In this document: positions 1 to 13,000 of the stretch, piece by piece
Layout: each line of letters starts with the position of its first letter
Numbering within the stretch: position 1 is the stretch's first letter
Origin: Saccostrea cucullata
Lineage: Eukaryota
Assembly: GCF_032062105.1 (NCBI RefSeq)
Contig: NW_026928818.1
Coordinates: 62,001-126,000 of the forward strand
Direction of reading: 5' to 3'
DNA: 64,000 nucleotides
Translations under genes and position numbers: made by a program
The notes under the pieces: model-generated
Seen by the model: the letters and a program-made list of their open reading frames with translations, nothing else
Databases searched by the model: none
Told to the model about the DNA's origin: nothing

Positions 1-459
1 AAACATCCCCGACTTATCCCTGCCCCTCCGATCCTCGCTTGACACACACACATACACTTCTTTTCATTTGTTAGGTATACGTGCCGAATATGCATATCAA
101 GAGCTTTTAATGAACCTATGGTCAATCTTTGTTAATCAAATATGTTTTATTGGTTAGAAATTTAATAAGACTATTAAAAATATGCCAATCAAAGTTAAAT
201 TAATTCCTTTATTATTAAGTACAATGTATTCAATAAATATAGCTAAAATCAGAGTCAGAAAAACGATCCATTTTGATGTAGTTATGTCCAGAAAAAGCCC
301 TAACTTGGATCTCATTGTTTTAGTTCAAACTATATTTACAGCGCATTTTCCATGTTGGTAACATGTATATATTTAAATCAATTTCATAATCTTTTTCTTC
401 AACGCAATCAAAAAATATAAATTATATTTTGTTTTATTACATATTGCTTTAATACATTT

Positions 460-702
460 TGCGTTGTCTTCAGTGCAAAAATATAATAACGCAAAATGTA
501 ACAACGAAAAGGCACGTTATTACATTTTGCGTTGATCTCGACGCAAAATGTAATAACGCAAAATGTAATAATCTAAAAGTTGCGTTATTACATTTTGCGT
601 TATTACATTTTGCGTTGATCTCGACACAAAATGTAATAACGCAAAATGTAATAATCCAGGTTTATTACATTTCGCGTTGTTATTACATTTCGCGTTGTAA
701 CA
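460..702. repeat. Array of short TAACGCAAAATGTAA repeats in both orientations, probably the subterminal region of a DNA transposon whose other end lies outside the window
   Basis: About a dozen copies of the motif or its reverse complement (ttattacattttgcg) ending at gttgtaacac; the ORFs 459..803 and 520..768 are repeat artefacts. Confidence 0.6.
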
Positions 703-728
703 CTGCTTTGTTTTTCTTAGCAATAACT

Positions 729-2720
729 TACAAGAGGCCCAGGGGCCACAGCGCTCATCTGAGCACACCGGCTAGGAAAAAGCAAATATCAGATCAGAAA
801 TGAAAGTTTACTGAGTTTGGAGGGGGGCTTAAATCTTAACCCCCCAGGGGGTCATGATTTGAACAAACTTGAATCTACACTACCTGAGGATGATTTCATA
901 TAAATATCACTAATCATGGCTTTGAAGTACTTGAGAAGGAGATTTTAAAAGATTTTTCCTATATATTCCTATGTAAAACTTTTAACTGCCATTATGGCCC
1001 CATCCTAGCCCCGGGGGTCATGATTTGAACAAATTTGAATCTATACTACCTGAGAATGATTTCACATGAGTTTTATCTTTCCTGTCTTAATGGTTCTTGA
1101 GAAGAAGATTTTAAAAGATTTTCCCTATATATTCCAATGTAAAACTTTGATCGGCCATTTTGGCCCCACCCTACCCCCAGGGGTCAAGATTTGAATAAAC
1201 TTGAATCTACACTACCTGAGGATGATTCCACTTGAGTTTCATCTTTCCTGGCCCAGTGGTTATTGAGAAGAAGATTTTTAAAGATTTTTCCTATGCCAAC
1301 TTTCCCGATTTAGGCGGGATCCTCCCGATTTTACCCTTTCATCCCGCCTTCCCGATCGGGAGAGAAAAATTACCCTAATTTCCCGATTTGAAAAAAAAAA
1401 AATCACCTTAAAATTTCAGATTTTAAAAGTTTCCCTACCGCTGAATTTTGACAATCGGGATAACAATGTCAGACTTGTATATTCAATGCACACAGATAAG
1501 TTTCATTGTTTATTTAACCAGATGTTAATTACTAATTAGCCACAGGAAATCACTTCACGCATGAACGCACGCAGTTGTCCAGGTACGAGTAGCTTATAGC
1601 TTGGGGCAATTTGGGTATTATCTTGTCAGTTTTAAGGGGTATGCAAGGTGAAACACATCTAGATTAACGTGATAACTTTAGTCATTTTATTAAAAACATA
1701 AATTAAAGACAATAAAATACTAATTAAACCATAAAATCGGAATCCAAAGAGATCGTTTTTTTTGAAAACGAAAGTAGAAAACTACAAAGCATAGCTGATG
1801 ATTTTATCTACCTATAATGAAAAATATTTCTAAGTTGCCAATTAAAATATTATGAAAAAATTAAGATGAAACAATCAAGTGTATTTCAATTAGAATTTCT
1901 TTTCCCTCCCTTCTCCCAAAAGTAATGTGCATGACTGAAGGAAATACCCAAATGGCAACATCAAGCCTGACGAATTTCATGACTGTAAAAAAAAAAAAAT
2001 TTTCTTTTACATAGGTGGTATAAATTTCTGTATATTTAATATCTAATTAGAATTTCTAATATATATATAAAAAATCTCAAAAATGTTTCCAGAAACAGGA
2101 TTTTAAAGTATCAAAACCTCATATTTTTTAGCCTTTGAAAAAATGATTTAAAAGTTGTAAAATTTTCAATTTTTCACTAAATTATGTGTTCTGGTAGAAA
2201 AAAATGTCGTTTACATATGTAACTAAATACCCCTTCTTAAGTGAAAGAGGCACCTATTTTAGCAGAAATATTTCAATTTTGGAAAGAAAAGCATTATTTT
2301 TGTGTTAAATTAATTCTTAAGTTGTATTGATAAGTAATATCAATATTATAAATTAAAAAAAAAATCATTTCATAATCATTTAATTTCACGACAAAATGTC
2401 GCGAATTTAAACTTTGAAAATTGTCGTCACGCGCTAAATCCCCCATGGGAATTTTCAAAAGTTGGCATGTATGTATATATTCCTATGTAAAAATTTGATC
2501 GGCCATTTTGGCCCCACCCTACCCCTGGGGGTCATGATTTGAACAAACTTGAATCTACACTACCTGAGGATGATTCAACATGAGTTTCATCTTTCCTGGC
2601 CCAGTGGTTCGTGAGAAGAAGATTTTTTTAAAATGCCATTAATTTTTCTCCAATTCATAATTATCTCCCCATAGAAAAGGGTGTGACCCTTTATTTGAAC
2701 AAACTTAATTCCCCTTCACT

Positions 2721-2767
<47 letters not shown>

Positions 2768-2768
2768 T

Positions 2769-2799
<31 letters not shown>

Positions 2800-2826
2800 A
2801 CAACAACGACTACGACAACAACGACA

Positions 2827-2888
<62 letters not shown>
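729..2888 (-). mobile_element. Non-autonomous Helentron-like (HINE) element with central Cg170-type ~167-bp satellite monomers
   Basis: Monomers GGGGTCATGATTTGAACAAACTTGAATCTACACTACCTGAGG at ~846, 1013, 1180 and 2527; ends acaagaggccc...ctgagc and gctcacttgagccttcggctcaggtgagctaaaaa (hairpin); (CAA/CGA) microsatellite near 2800. Confidence 0.8.
1293..2473. mobile_element. Non-autonomous TIR DNA transposon nested in the satellite array
   Basis: Inverted ends atgccaacttt (1293) and aaagttggcat (~2458-2468) interrupt a satellite monomer at tttttcctat|...|tatatattcctatgtaaaa. Confidence 0.65.
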
Positions 2889-3349
2889 TTAATATAGTTA
2901 CTGTGGATATTCCAAAATAGGAGGATTTGGCTTTTAAATCCTAGGACATATTAAATTGAGGAGACAAAAATGGTAAAAACTAAGGATAAATCGGTAAAGT
3001 AGGCAGGTCTGCAAATTGACTGCAAATTGCAAATAGACTGTTAAAGCTCTCTCACCTGCATCTGCAGCAACTTCTTGATCACTACAACACTTTCTGCAAC
3101 AACGCTTTCTGAAGAATAAAATCAAGCTTACAGTTGTACATAACAATAATATCTTGTTACAGAAATGGCAATTAATCTCTCTCCAAAATTTCAATCAAAC
3201 AGAGAAAAGTTAATAACGTAATCTATAACAATATTTATATATATTTTTTGTCTTGCTTCTGTTATTACAGTGAAATACAAATACATTGAACATGAAGGAT
3301 AAAGAAATCCTGTTACTCCCTCAATATAGAATCATCCAATAAGCCTTAC

Positions 3350-6300
3350 CATCCCTGTTGGACATTAAGTGGACTAATCCATTGAGGCAGGTATCAGTAA
3401 CTTCTGCAATATTGCTGGCACATCGGCCAATGGCTTGGATAGTGGCAGCAGCAAACTCCTTGTCAGTACTTGTTACGTAAGTCTAAAATAAGCACAAGAT
3501 TCAGTTGAAATTAAGATCTGTAAAATTGAAATGTACATGTATGAATTAAATAACTACTTGGAAAATAAAATCATTTTGCTGACTTTCTTCATAAATCACA
3601 TACTTGCAACATATCTACGACACTTTACCTGACCACAATCAACACTCATCACAGTAAATTTGCATGAACATGTAACTTGTTGGATATTCATGTACATGTA
3701 CATATAGTTAGAAGGTAAAAACTGAAAGGGATATTCACTAAATGTAGAAAAGAAATTATACAAAAGAAAAAAATGAAATCTGACCTGAAGCTCTCTGAGG
3801 ATGATTGAAATGTTGGTCTCTGTGGCTAAGCTGGTCAAAATTTCCAGCTGTAAAAATAAAATAAAAAGGGTTTTATACTCCCTTTGTGAATGAAATCTCA
3901 GGTGAGCACAGACAATAAATTTTGACTTTTTATTTACCTTGAGCAGTTTAATATGGGTTGGATCACTTGACCTCACATAAAAACTCTTTAGAAATGGTTC
4001 AAACATGTCCTAGAATTCAACAACATCAAAATGTAGGTTATCAAATAAATATAAACAGCTAGATGATAAAGCAAAACAGTGAAGACAATCAATAAGTCAA
4101 TATTTTGATATTTATCATCCTTTTGTAAAATCACAGTATAAGAAAATTCAAGTAAATAAAGACAAAATTTTTCTATACTGCAATGGTCCCATTCAATTTC
4201 TACAGCAAATAACATACCATATTGTAAAATATTTGAAAGAGCTTACTTTTCTTGCAACTGTCATTGTGGCAATGTTGCTCAAAACAATATACTGGACCTC
4301 CCTGTCAAAAAAGAAAAAAAGAAATGTGTTTAAAAAGATATAGAAAAGCAAGATTTAAGGTTGTGATTCAATAAAGTGATATTGTTGAAATCATACTTGT
4401 GTCCCCTTAAAAGACGAATCAATGCCTTGGCAACCACTCCGACCTCTGACCTTGGTGCACAGTGATAGTACAGCTGGGCTACAGACATCACAACCTTAAG
4501 AAAATTATATTAATAATACAATTCAGATTATCTTCACACTTTCCAATTACAATGCAAAAAATTTGATGAAGTACAATGCAAGTCATCAAATAGGTTCAAT
4601 TTTGCTAAGTTTGTAATGATAGGTAAAAGACTTAAGAATAAAAATAGAAATGAAAGAGATAGGAACCATAGACTACATTTCATTTTTTTCACATGGGATT
4701 AAGTTAAACTATGAATGCGGTCACATATAAAAGATACCTTAAGTATCCTTAAAGCATCCTTAAAGCAAAAGATGTCATAAAATTGCATTTAAAAAAGCCT
4801 GCAGATGGAAAAATTCTGCAGAATTATGACTCGTAACAGTAATTTATTAAGCCAGTGACCTACAGAAGCATTGCGGCTATTGAGTAATGGCTTGGCCTGT
4901 CTGAGGAGGAGGCGATGATCGGGGTCCATCATGTAGGGCTTTTTCTTGGGATCTTTTTCATTGTCCTCTTCATCCTTTTTCTCATCCTCATCCTCCTCCG
5001 ATTCATAAAAATTCTTACTTTCTTCTCCAGTCCCCTGAAAATGAGAAAGGTGTACTTTAATTGTTGAAGTAAAGGCAATGCACAGAAATCATTTGACAGA
5101 AAAATTGGGCATTTACAAATTCACAGAGATATTATTCAAGTATACATAATTCTACACAATGTAAATGCAGTTTCTCCACATTTGTGTAGAATTTAACTTT
5201 CCCAACACTTGGGAAATTTCTTAACACTTTCCCCACACTTGTAAGAAGTCTTAACAATTTCTCATATTAACGCCCCACTTATACCTAGACTGGATGAAAT
5301 ACATACATCCTGATTGGGCGAGACAAACTGGGTCCTTGCGTAGCGGGTCATCATACCAACAATGACCACCTGACCCCACTCCTCAACATCCACCAACAGG
5401 TTGCACAGCTTTCGAAAGTTTTTGTGAATCAGGTCAATCCTCTCTGGACACACCTCCTCAAAGGCCTGAATGGCACTCCCAGCAACAAGCTATAAAAAGA
5501 AAGAGCTCAGCTAAATTAACTCAATAAAATGTCTATATATAGTTACATGTATACGCAAGACTTTTAGATTAAAAAATTGTAAATTTGAAACATAATGACA
5601 TTTCTATACATGCAGATATACATGTAATACTTACTGTTGTTTTGTCTGCCAGTAATTTCTCAATGACCTCCACAAGTTGTTCCTTACTCTCAGGGTCAAG
5701 GCTAAATAGAAATTACAGCTTAAAACACATGTACATGTAAGTGTGACTGATTTGCAATATTCAGTGCAGCTAACAATTGTCTAATAAAATACTTAATAAA
5801 AAGAATGCTTCCTGAGCTCAAAATGAACCTTTTAAAAAATTCTACTGACAGACTTTCTTAAACCTCACTCTTAATTTACAACAACAAAAAATTATTCATA
5901 GAGAAAACTAAGCTAGTAATGCTATCCAGTACCTGTAAAGCTTTGGTATTGCATGGGCTGCTGTCTTTCTGACATATGGCGACATGTCCATTACAGCTTC
6001 CTTGATAGCCAGCATCATAATCGGGGAGATCATGAGGACACGAATGCTGGAAAGGACCCTCAAAGCGCTGGCCCTAATCAGCTGATTAGGGTCTTTTAAG
6101 GCTCGCTGGAATGTGCTGATGGACAGGAGGGCCAAGTCTTGCTGCTCCTCGGCGTATCTTGTCAGGTAGACATAAACAAGTTTCTTGACCTGCAATAAGA
6201 AAAGAGGACCATGGGTCACAATCAACTCTCATCTAAACTATGTTTTCCTTCCTAATAAATGATTTTGTGAATGAATGTCCTTACTGTAGCCCAAAACTAA

Positions 6301-7821
6301 TGCATGTTTGCTATATCTACAGAATATCGACTGATTGCACGTTTAGAAATTTAAGTTTTCTTGATATTAGGGAAATTTGTACATGCATTCATAAAAATTT
6401 AAAGAAAATCTCAACAGAACCTTTGTCTAAGGTGAACTGAAAATATGGCTGAAATTTCTTGAAACTAAAATCCTATTTTCATAAAAAATTATCATATTTC
6501 CTTACCTCCAAGTTTTTTGAGACTACATTTTTCACTACTGCAGGGAACAAATCTGATGCATCTTTTCCTTTTGCTACCATCTGTCAAAGTATTACATTTA
6601 AGAAGTCATACTATTTGGAAAATGAAACCAATAATAGAAATTACTTTTAGGAATAACACCTATGATTGCGACAATTCCCACTGCATGCATTTGACTTTTT
6701 GGTAATATAAACATTTCTGTCTTCTGACACATGTCAAATGACCAAAAATATCAAATTAGTCTTACAAAAGATGTAAACATAATGATGTAAACAATACCCC
6801 AATGATTCTTTTCATGGCATCTAACTTTAAGTTGTCCTTATTTCCATCTAACATTGCTTTAAGATCTTCATGCCTGAAAAAAAAAACCCCTTATTATATA
6901 CACTTCATTAACATAGTTTACTGCATGGAGTTGAATGTAGGAGTCAACATTTTCTTCCCATATCCTTCAGTACTACTCTTGTAATATTTGATGTCCATTA
7001 TATTGTACCAAAAATTGGTTCATTTCTATACCACATCATAGAACAAATTATTTGAAGCAGACAATTTATGACCTTGAGTGACTGGTCCTCTTTGGCATCA
7101 GAGGTTCACACACACATATTTATGAATTTCTAAAATTTTATGACTTGATATTTTAGTTGGATTTCAAACTTTTCAGTGGGTAAAAATGATGTTTATATAA
7201 TGGGAAAAAGTGAATCCGGCAGAGAATTCAGTTGATCGTAACAACTGGTTCAAGGCCTCCAATCACTTTGTGTGGCATTGGTCTGAGTTTCAGAAGAAAT
7301 CGTCAACACAAAAAAATTAGTCTCGAAAAAGCTCACCAAGATAAGGGATAACTGTGCAAACTCAAAACATTGGATAAATGATTTCAAGTGGTACCAAGAA
7401 ACCATTTTGGAAATATTTGCTGAATTGGCTTTGAACAATACTTTTAGTAACACTGTTTGTATCTAATGCTGCATTTGTCTCATTAGTCAAACCAATCCAT
7501 AAATGATTAATCAACATATTTTATCCTTGGTTTTCGACACCATAAATGAGATATTTATAACTAAATACTCTGATTCTCTTGAGTTTGACGTCTAATACTA
7601 GGAACAACTGTTAGAAATGCCAGAAGACCAATTAAAGTGACTGTCATGTGAGGCTGACAGTGACAGGTCATGTTTCTGCAATTTCTGTACCGTTTAAAAT
7701 TCTCATTGAAAAAGCTGTTGCTTGCAGGATCATTAGAAAAATCTCCCTCTCCGCTGCCAGTAGATGGGGGTTTGTCATTACCAAACCCAGTACCACCCAA
7801 CTGAAAGCTGTTGGACGTCAT
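3350..7821 (-). CDS. AP3B1: AP-3 complex subunit beta, first 12 coding exons; gene continues beyond the left edge
   Basis: Exons 7821-7691, 6873-6798, 6580-6506, 6189-5933, 5701-5635, 5489-5307, 5034-4864, 4494-4397, 4301-4247, 4009-3938, 3847-3785, 3482-3350 with GT-AG ends; peptides [99 protein letters not shown]. Confidence 0.95.
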
Positions 7822-8850
7822 CTTTCAGAAAGCCGCAGCCGTGGCAGGTGTTCCCAGTTTTTTCAATGGCTTCTGCTACAACTTCCGGTTAAGAGGTGCG
7901 CTTGATTTGATGACGACGATTGGCCAGTTCGAGGGTCTTTTTATAGCAATTTTTATCCCCCGTATTACGGTAATTGAAGATTCGGGGATATATTTCTTTG
8001 CCCTGTCATTTCGTCTGTCTAACGTTGTAGTTTGATCCACTTTTGCAAAAAATTACCAGACTTTTAAACATGCTTAATCCATGGCCATGGGAATATAGGG
8101 GCTTTTCTTCCGGATTGATAAGTAATTTAATAAACTAATAAAACTTTGAATCTGCTTTTTTAAATAAATACACTTAAAAGTGTAAAAATGTTAATGTAAA
8201 GATTGTGAAACTTGCAGGCAAGAAAACCACGTTTAAAAAAGACGTACCATACCTATACACATAAACTCTTACTCTACTTTTTTTTTCTTGCCTGAACTTG
8301 AGTGTCAGAATCTTTATATGAACAACTTTAAAAGAGTATTTATAGAAGATTAATTTTTTTATTTAATTCATTTTACATTTAACAATCCGGAAGAATGCTA
8401 TGCTTTTGCATGAACAGTGCGTTGGGGATAGAGCTTCATATTCATTGTGTCAAGACCTTTCAATGCATGGTTAAATTCATTTTTGAGCAGATCACCCTGA
8501 CCTTGGAGTTTGACCCACTTAAAAAAAATTAAACTTAGACATAACTTTTGAAAGTTAGTACTAGGGCTTTCACATTTACTAGTGACACGAACGTTCCTTA
8601 GGATACCAACATTTCACAGGTACTTGTGGACAGGACCCCCCCCCCTGATATTCAACCCCGGGGCTTATTTGACAATTTTTTCACAACTGATATTTAGTAC
8701 ACTTATTCAACATGTTTGCAAAAGGAACAAATCGTCAAAACCCCAAAATAATCGCTCCACAAAAAAATATCCCCCTATACATTATCTCTTATAATGTATG
8801 GTATTTTTTTTTTTTTTTTTTTGTGGAGCGATTATTTATTATTATTATTA

Positions 8851-9224
8851 ACAGGTAAATTTTTCTTCATACGGCATTTCATCCCACATACTTGTAGTTT
8901 GGCAACCATGATCAGTTCACTGCGTTTACAAATTGAAAATATTTCTAGTACCACAACGTTTACAAATTGAAAATATCTCTAGTACTAGATCATCTGTAAT
9001 TCCTAACCAGAGGCGGATCCAGGAATCCTGAACTGTTGAAAAGGGGGGACCCGACCAGTTTTGGGTGGGGGTAGGGTCCCAAAGTCACATCCAAATAATT
9101 ATGTATAGTTTGGACATCATAGGGACTCCGTCCCCTCTGAATCCCCATGATCAGTTCACTGAATCATGGTTGCCAAACTACAAGTATGTGGGATGAAATG
9201 CCGTATGAAGAAAAATTTACCTGT
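8851..9224. repeat. MITE-like foldback with perfect 62-bp inverted arms
   Basis: 8851-8912 is the exact reverse complement of 9163-9224. Confidence 0.85.
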
Positions 9225-10017
9225 CCTGCTTTGCGTTGGTTGCTACACCCCCCCCCCCACACACACACACACACCCCATTTGGGGAAAGGGAATCTATTT
9301 GAAACAACATCAAAAGCTCATTTTTCAAGTTAAAGGAAAACAAAGAATAACGCTAGAGTTGTAATAATATTCTTCTCTGGACATTTAACAAAGAAGTTCT
9401 TTTCTGTCTTATATATCATGTTGTTGTTTGGAAAAGTATTTTTCAGTTTTCAAGATGTGAGTTTCCTTTGAAACTTTTTTGAATAATTAGAACACGTGAA
9501 GTTTGAAAAGCCAGGAACATGGGGAAGAAATATATATTTAGTTATTTACAAAAATATATATAACCCACTCTTTCTCCACTGATGTTCACTAAATATCGAC
9601 ATGTATGCATGGGAGCTTTTAGTTTTGACTGATCAGACTGTTGAGTGTGGCATGACATGGAGAATCCATACGTTTCTGGATAACTAAAAACTTAATCATG
9701 ATAATGGTGTTTAGCTATTTTTAATTCACATAAAAAAAGAGTGACATAGTGTCATAATCATATTTCTTTGATGAGTAATCAAACGCACCAGGTATTTCTC
9801 TAACGTTTTCTTTCCAGTACAATGACAACTCTAGAGATTCACGAATGTATTCAAATGATGTAATTTCATGTGACTTTTCTTATTGCGCATGCTTCATTTA
9901 TGCGGAAGCCGGGATTCTGCCATATCTCGAAGACCAAGTCATCCCCCAAAACAAAAATTACAACGCATGTCTAAACACTAAGGATAAAACGTCTTTGTTT
10001 TCATTAATTTGTGAACC

Positions 10018-13000
10018 ATGTCGGAAATAGATAGCAACCCCTTTGCTGATCCAGAGGCAGCAAATCCTTTTGCGGTAATTTATTCAAATGACATATTGAT
10101 TATGCTTGAACACGTAATAAACAAAATCATAGATTTTAAAACTCTTTCTGGATAAACTTAAGTATACTTACAATAGTGTGATTATCGACTTCTATATCTA
10201 TTGGATATATTTATTGGTAACTGCAATAAAGAAACAAAACAATGTCTGGGTTCCTGAATCAATTAACAATAATCAGTGGGCGTGCTTGTAGATTTTAATT
10301 TTTATTTAGGCCTATTTATGATAATATTAACAGATTTCCTGCTAGGTAAAAGCATCCTTAATCTCTTTAACTATTGTATTCAATTCAAGCTGTTTATGTG
10401 AACTGTTCATCGCAGCGGTTTAATGTAATTTTTGAATTCAAAAGGATCCCTCTGTCCAGCAAGCAAGAGGCGGTCAGCAGACAGGAGCCGGGGCTGTTGA
10501 TGACTACAATCCATTTGCCGAGGGAAACCAGACAAGACCCACAGCAGGGGTGTGTATTGTTTGATTTGGATTCTGTAGTGGACATGTCTATAAATTAATG
10601 CAATTATGTACACATCACTAAATGTCTTTAAAGTGAAAGATTATTTCTTGTTTCTCCTTACAGTCAATGAGTGATGAACCACTAATAAAAGGATCATATA
10701 ATTCTTACTCTTCGGTATACAATTCAAACACAACCATGGTTTTTCCTTACTTATTTTCTGACTTATTCCATGCAGTTTTTCTTAATTTTTACCTTGTCAA
10801 TCTCATTCCCAATTAAGTTTTAAAGAAGCTTAAGGAGGAAAATTGTTTTTTCAAAACATTTATTGACTCAACATTGACATTGTTTCAGTCAATACTGTAT
10901 TAATCAGGAAGTCAGGAAAACCAGTTAACCCAAACTCCACTTTTGTATAGTCTGAAGCAGAAATGTGTTTTTGCTTTTAAAATCTATTACAGACTCTTGC
11001 AAAGAACCATACCCATACACACAAACACATAAATTATATCTGATGCACAAAATAGCACTTGCACAGTTAATAAAGTATTTCAACAGTTTTTGAATGAAAA
11101 GTCAAACTAGCTGCTTTATTAGTTAACTCATCAGAAGATTTTAATATTTTCCCAGGCAACAATACCACCCCCACAACCAGCTCAGACCCAACCAGCAATA
11201 ATGCAGCCTTCAAATGAACCTCCTCCTTACACAGAGAGCTCAGCCCAGAGAGTTGACACAGCAGACCTACAGAAAAGACAAGAGGTAATGGGATATGCTT
11301 TAAACACTTCAAATGAACCTCCTCCATACTCAGAGGTTTCAGCCCAGAGTGTTGACACAGCAGATTTACAGAAAAGACAAGAGGTAATGGAATATGATTG
11401 AACCCCCCCCCCCTAAAAAAAAAATGAATCAAAGCAATAAGGTAAAAGTGGCCATACACACACAAAATTTAAGCAGGTTTTACAATATTCAACATAAAAG
11501 CCACGCTCAGATATTTTTGAGAGGAGTTTTCTTAGAATACAATTCATAATCTATATTTTTGAAACAGAATCACAACTTACATTTTAAATTTGTTGGCCCT
11601 CTAACATTATGTTTAAATTGACATGTTGAGGCCCTTTTTTCTATGCACTTGGTTAATAAAAATTCAGTCATTTCATATCTTTATCTCAAGAAAGTATAAT
11701 TTGCAGTCTACTGAATTCCATTTACCCACTAATTTTGACATACATTTGCATTGAATAAAATTCTATCTTTTCCTTCACTTTGAGACTTTAACATATCATA
11801 ACATTGAAACAGTTTGGTCCAAAAAAGGTTTTATTGGAAGGAAACAGTAAAATTCACTGAATAGTCATTTAATAGTAGAATACGCAGGTTTCGAGATTGT
11901 AACTCTACTACGACAGAGGTGCAAAAAGTATCTATTTCAGCATGGAGGTGGGACAGGTTGTTTCTGTAAACAAATGTGTGTAAATAAATGAACGATGTTT
12001 ATGGCTTTTAAAACTTATTTAATGTTATAGAAAGATAATAATGTTAAGCAGTGATGCATTTGTTGATTTTATCAAGCTCAACTATGTCTATTTACAAATC
12101 TACTTTCAATTATAGGGTACTTGAAAACGGAGTAAACTTCGTGGTCTTTATAAAAAAAAAAGGATTTTCTTAATTGTACTAACCTTTTCTAAAAAGGTAG
12201 TGGTTTTAGGTTATAATAAGGAAAAGAAACAATTTGTCATATATAGAAAATTCTTTAAAAATCTTCTCAAGAACAGCAAAGCCATAATGTGTACCGTATT
12301 TATATGGAGGTCCTCAGGTATAGATTCAAGTTTGTTGAAAAGTCTAACATTCACTGATATTTTCTTTTTTGATTTGATTATTTTGCTTTAAAAAATTACG
12401 CCTTTACATTGATTCAGTTATTTTCGAGTTGAAGATTGCATCCTGACAATTATGTAGTTACAATAAACCAGTATATCGATGATGCAGTATATCCAATATA
12501 TAATTTGCAGTATACTGAATTCCATTCCTATCTAATTTTGACATACATGTGCATTGAATATAACGTAACATAAATTGATACAATTTGATCAAAAAAAGGT
12601 GTTATTGGAAGAAAACAGTAAAATTCACTTAAAGTGTCATTTAATAGTAGAATTAAACCATGACTTGGTTTTTGAAAAAATTGAGTAAAAATACATGTAT
12701 ACTCACCATATATGCAATGAGATCCTTTAAGAGTTTATCTCCCTGGAATAAATTAAATTTTGAGTTGGTAAGGTGTTACTGAGTATATATTTGGAGCTCT
12801 GAGACATACACCTTGCCATTTTGTAATACATTTGGAATGTTTTGTAGGAATTAGAGAAAAAAGCTGCAGAGCTGCAAAGGAAAGAACAAGAAATGAGAAA
12901 TATGCAGTACAATGGCAAGTATTAACTGTTTGAAATCATGTTTGGCCCAATACCATATGCCAGTGACTTTTCAGTAGAACCCAGCAAATTACATAGGGCT

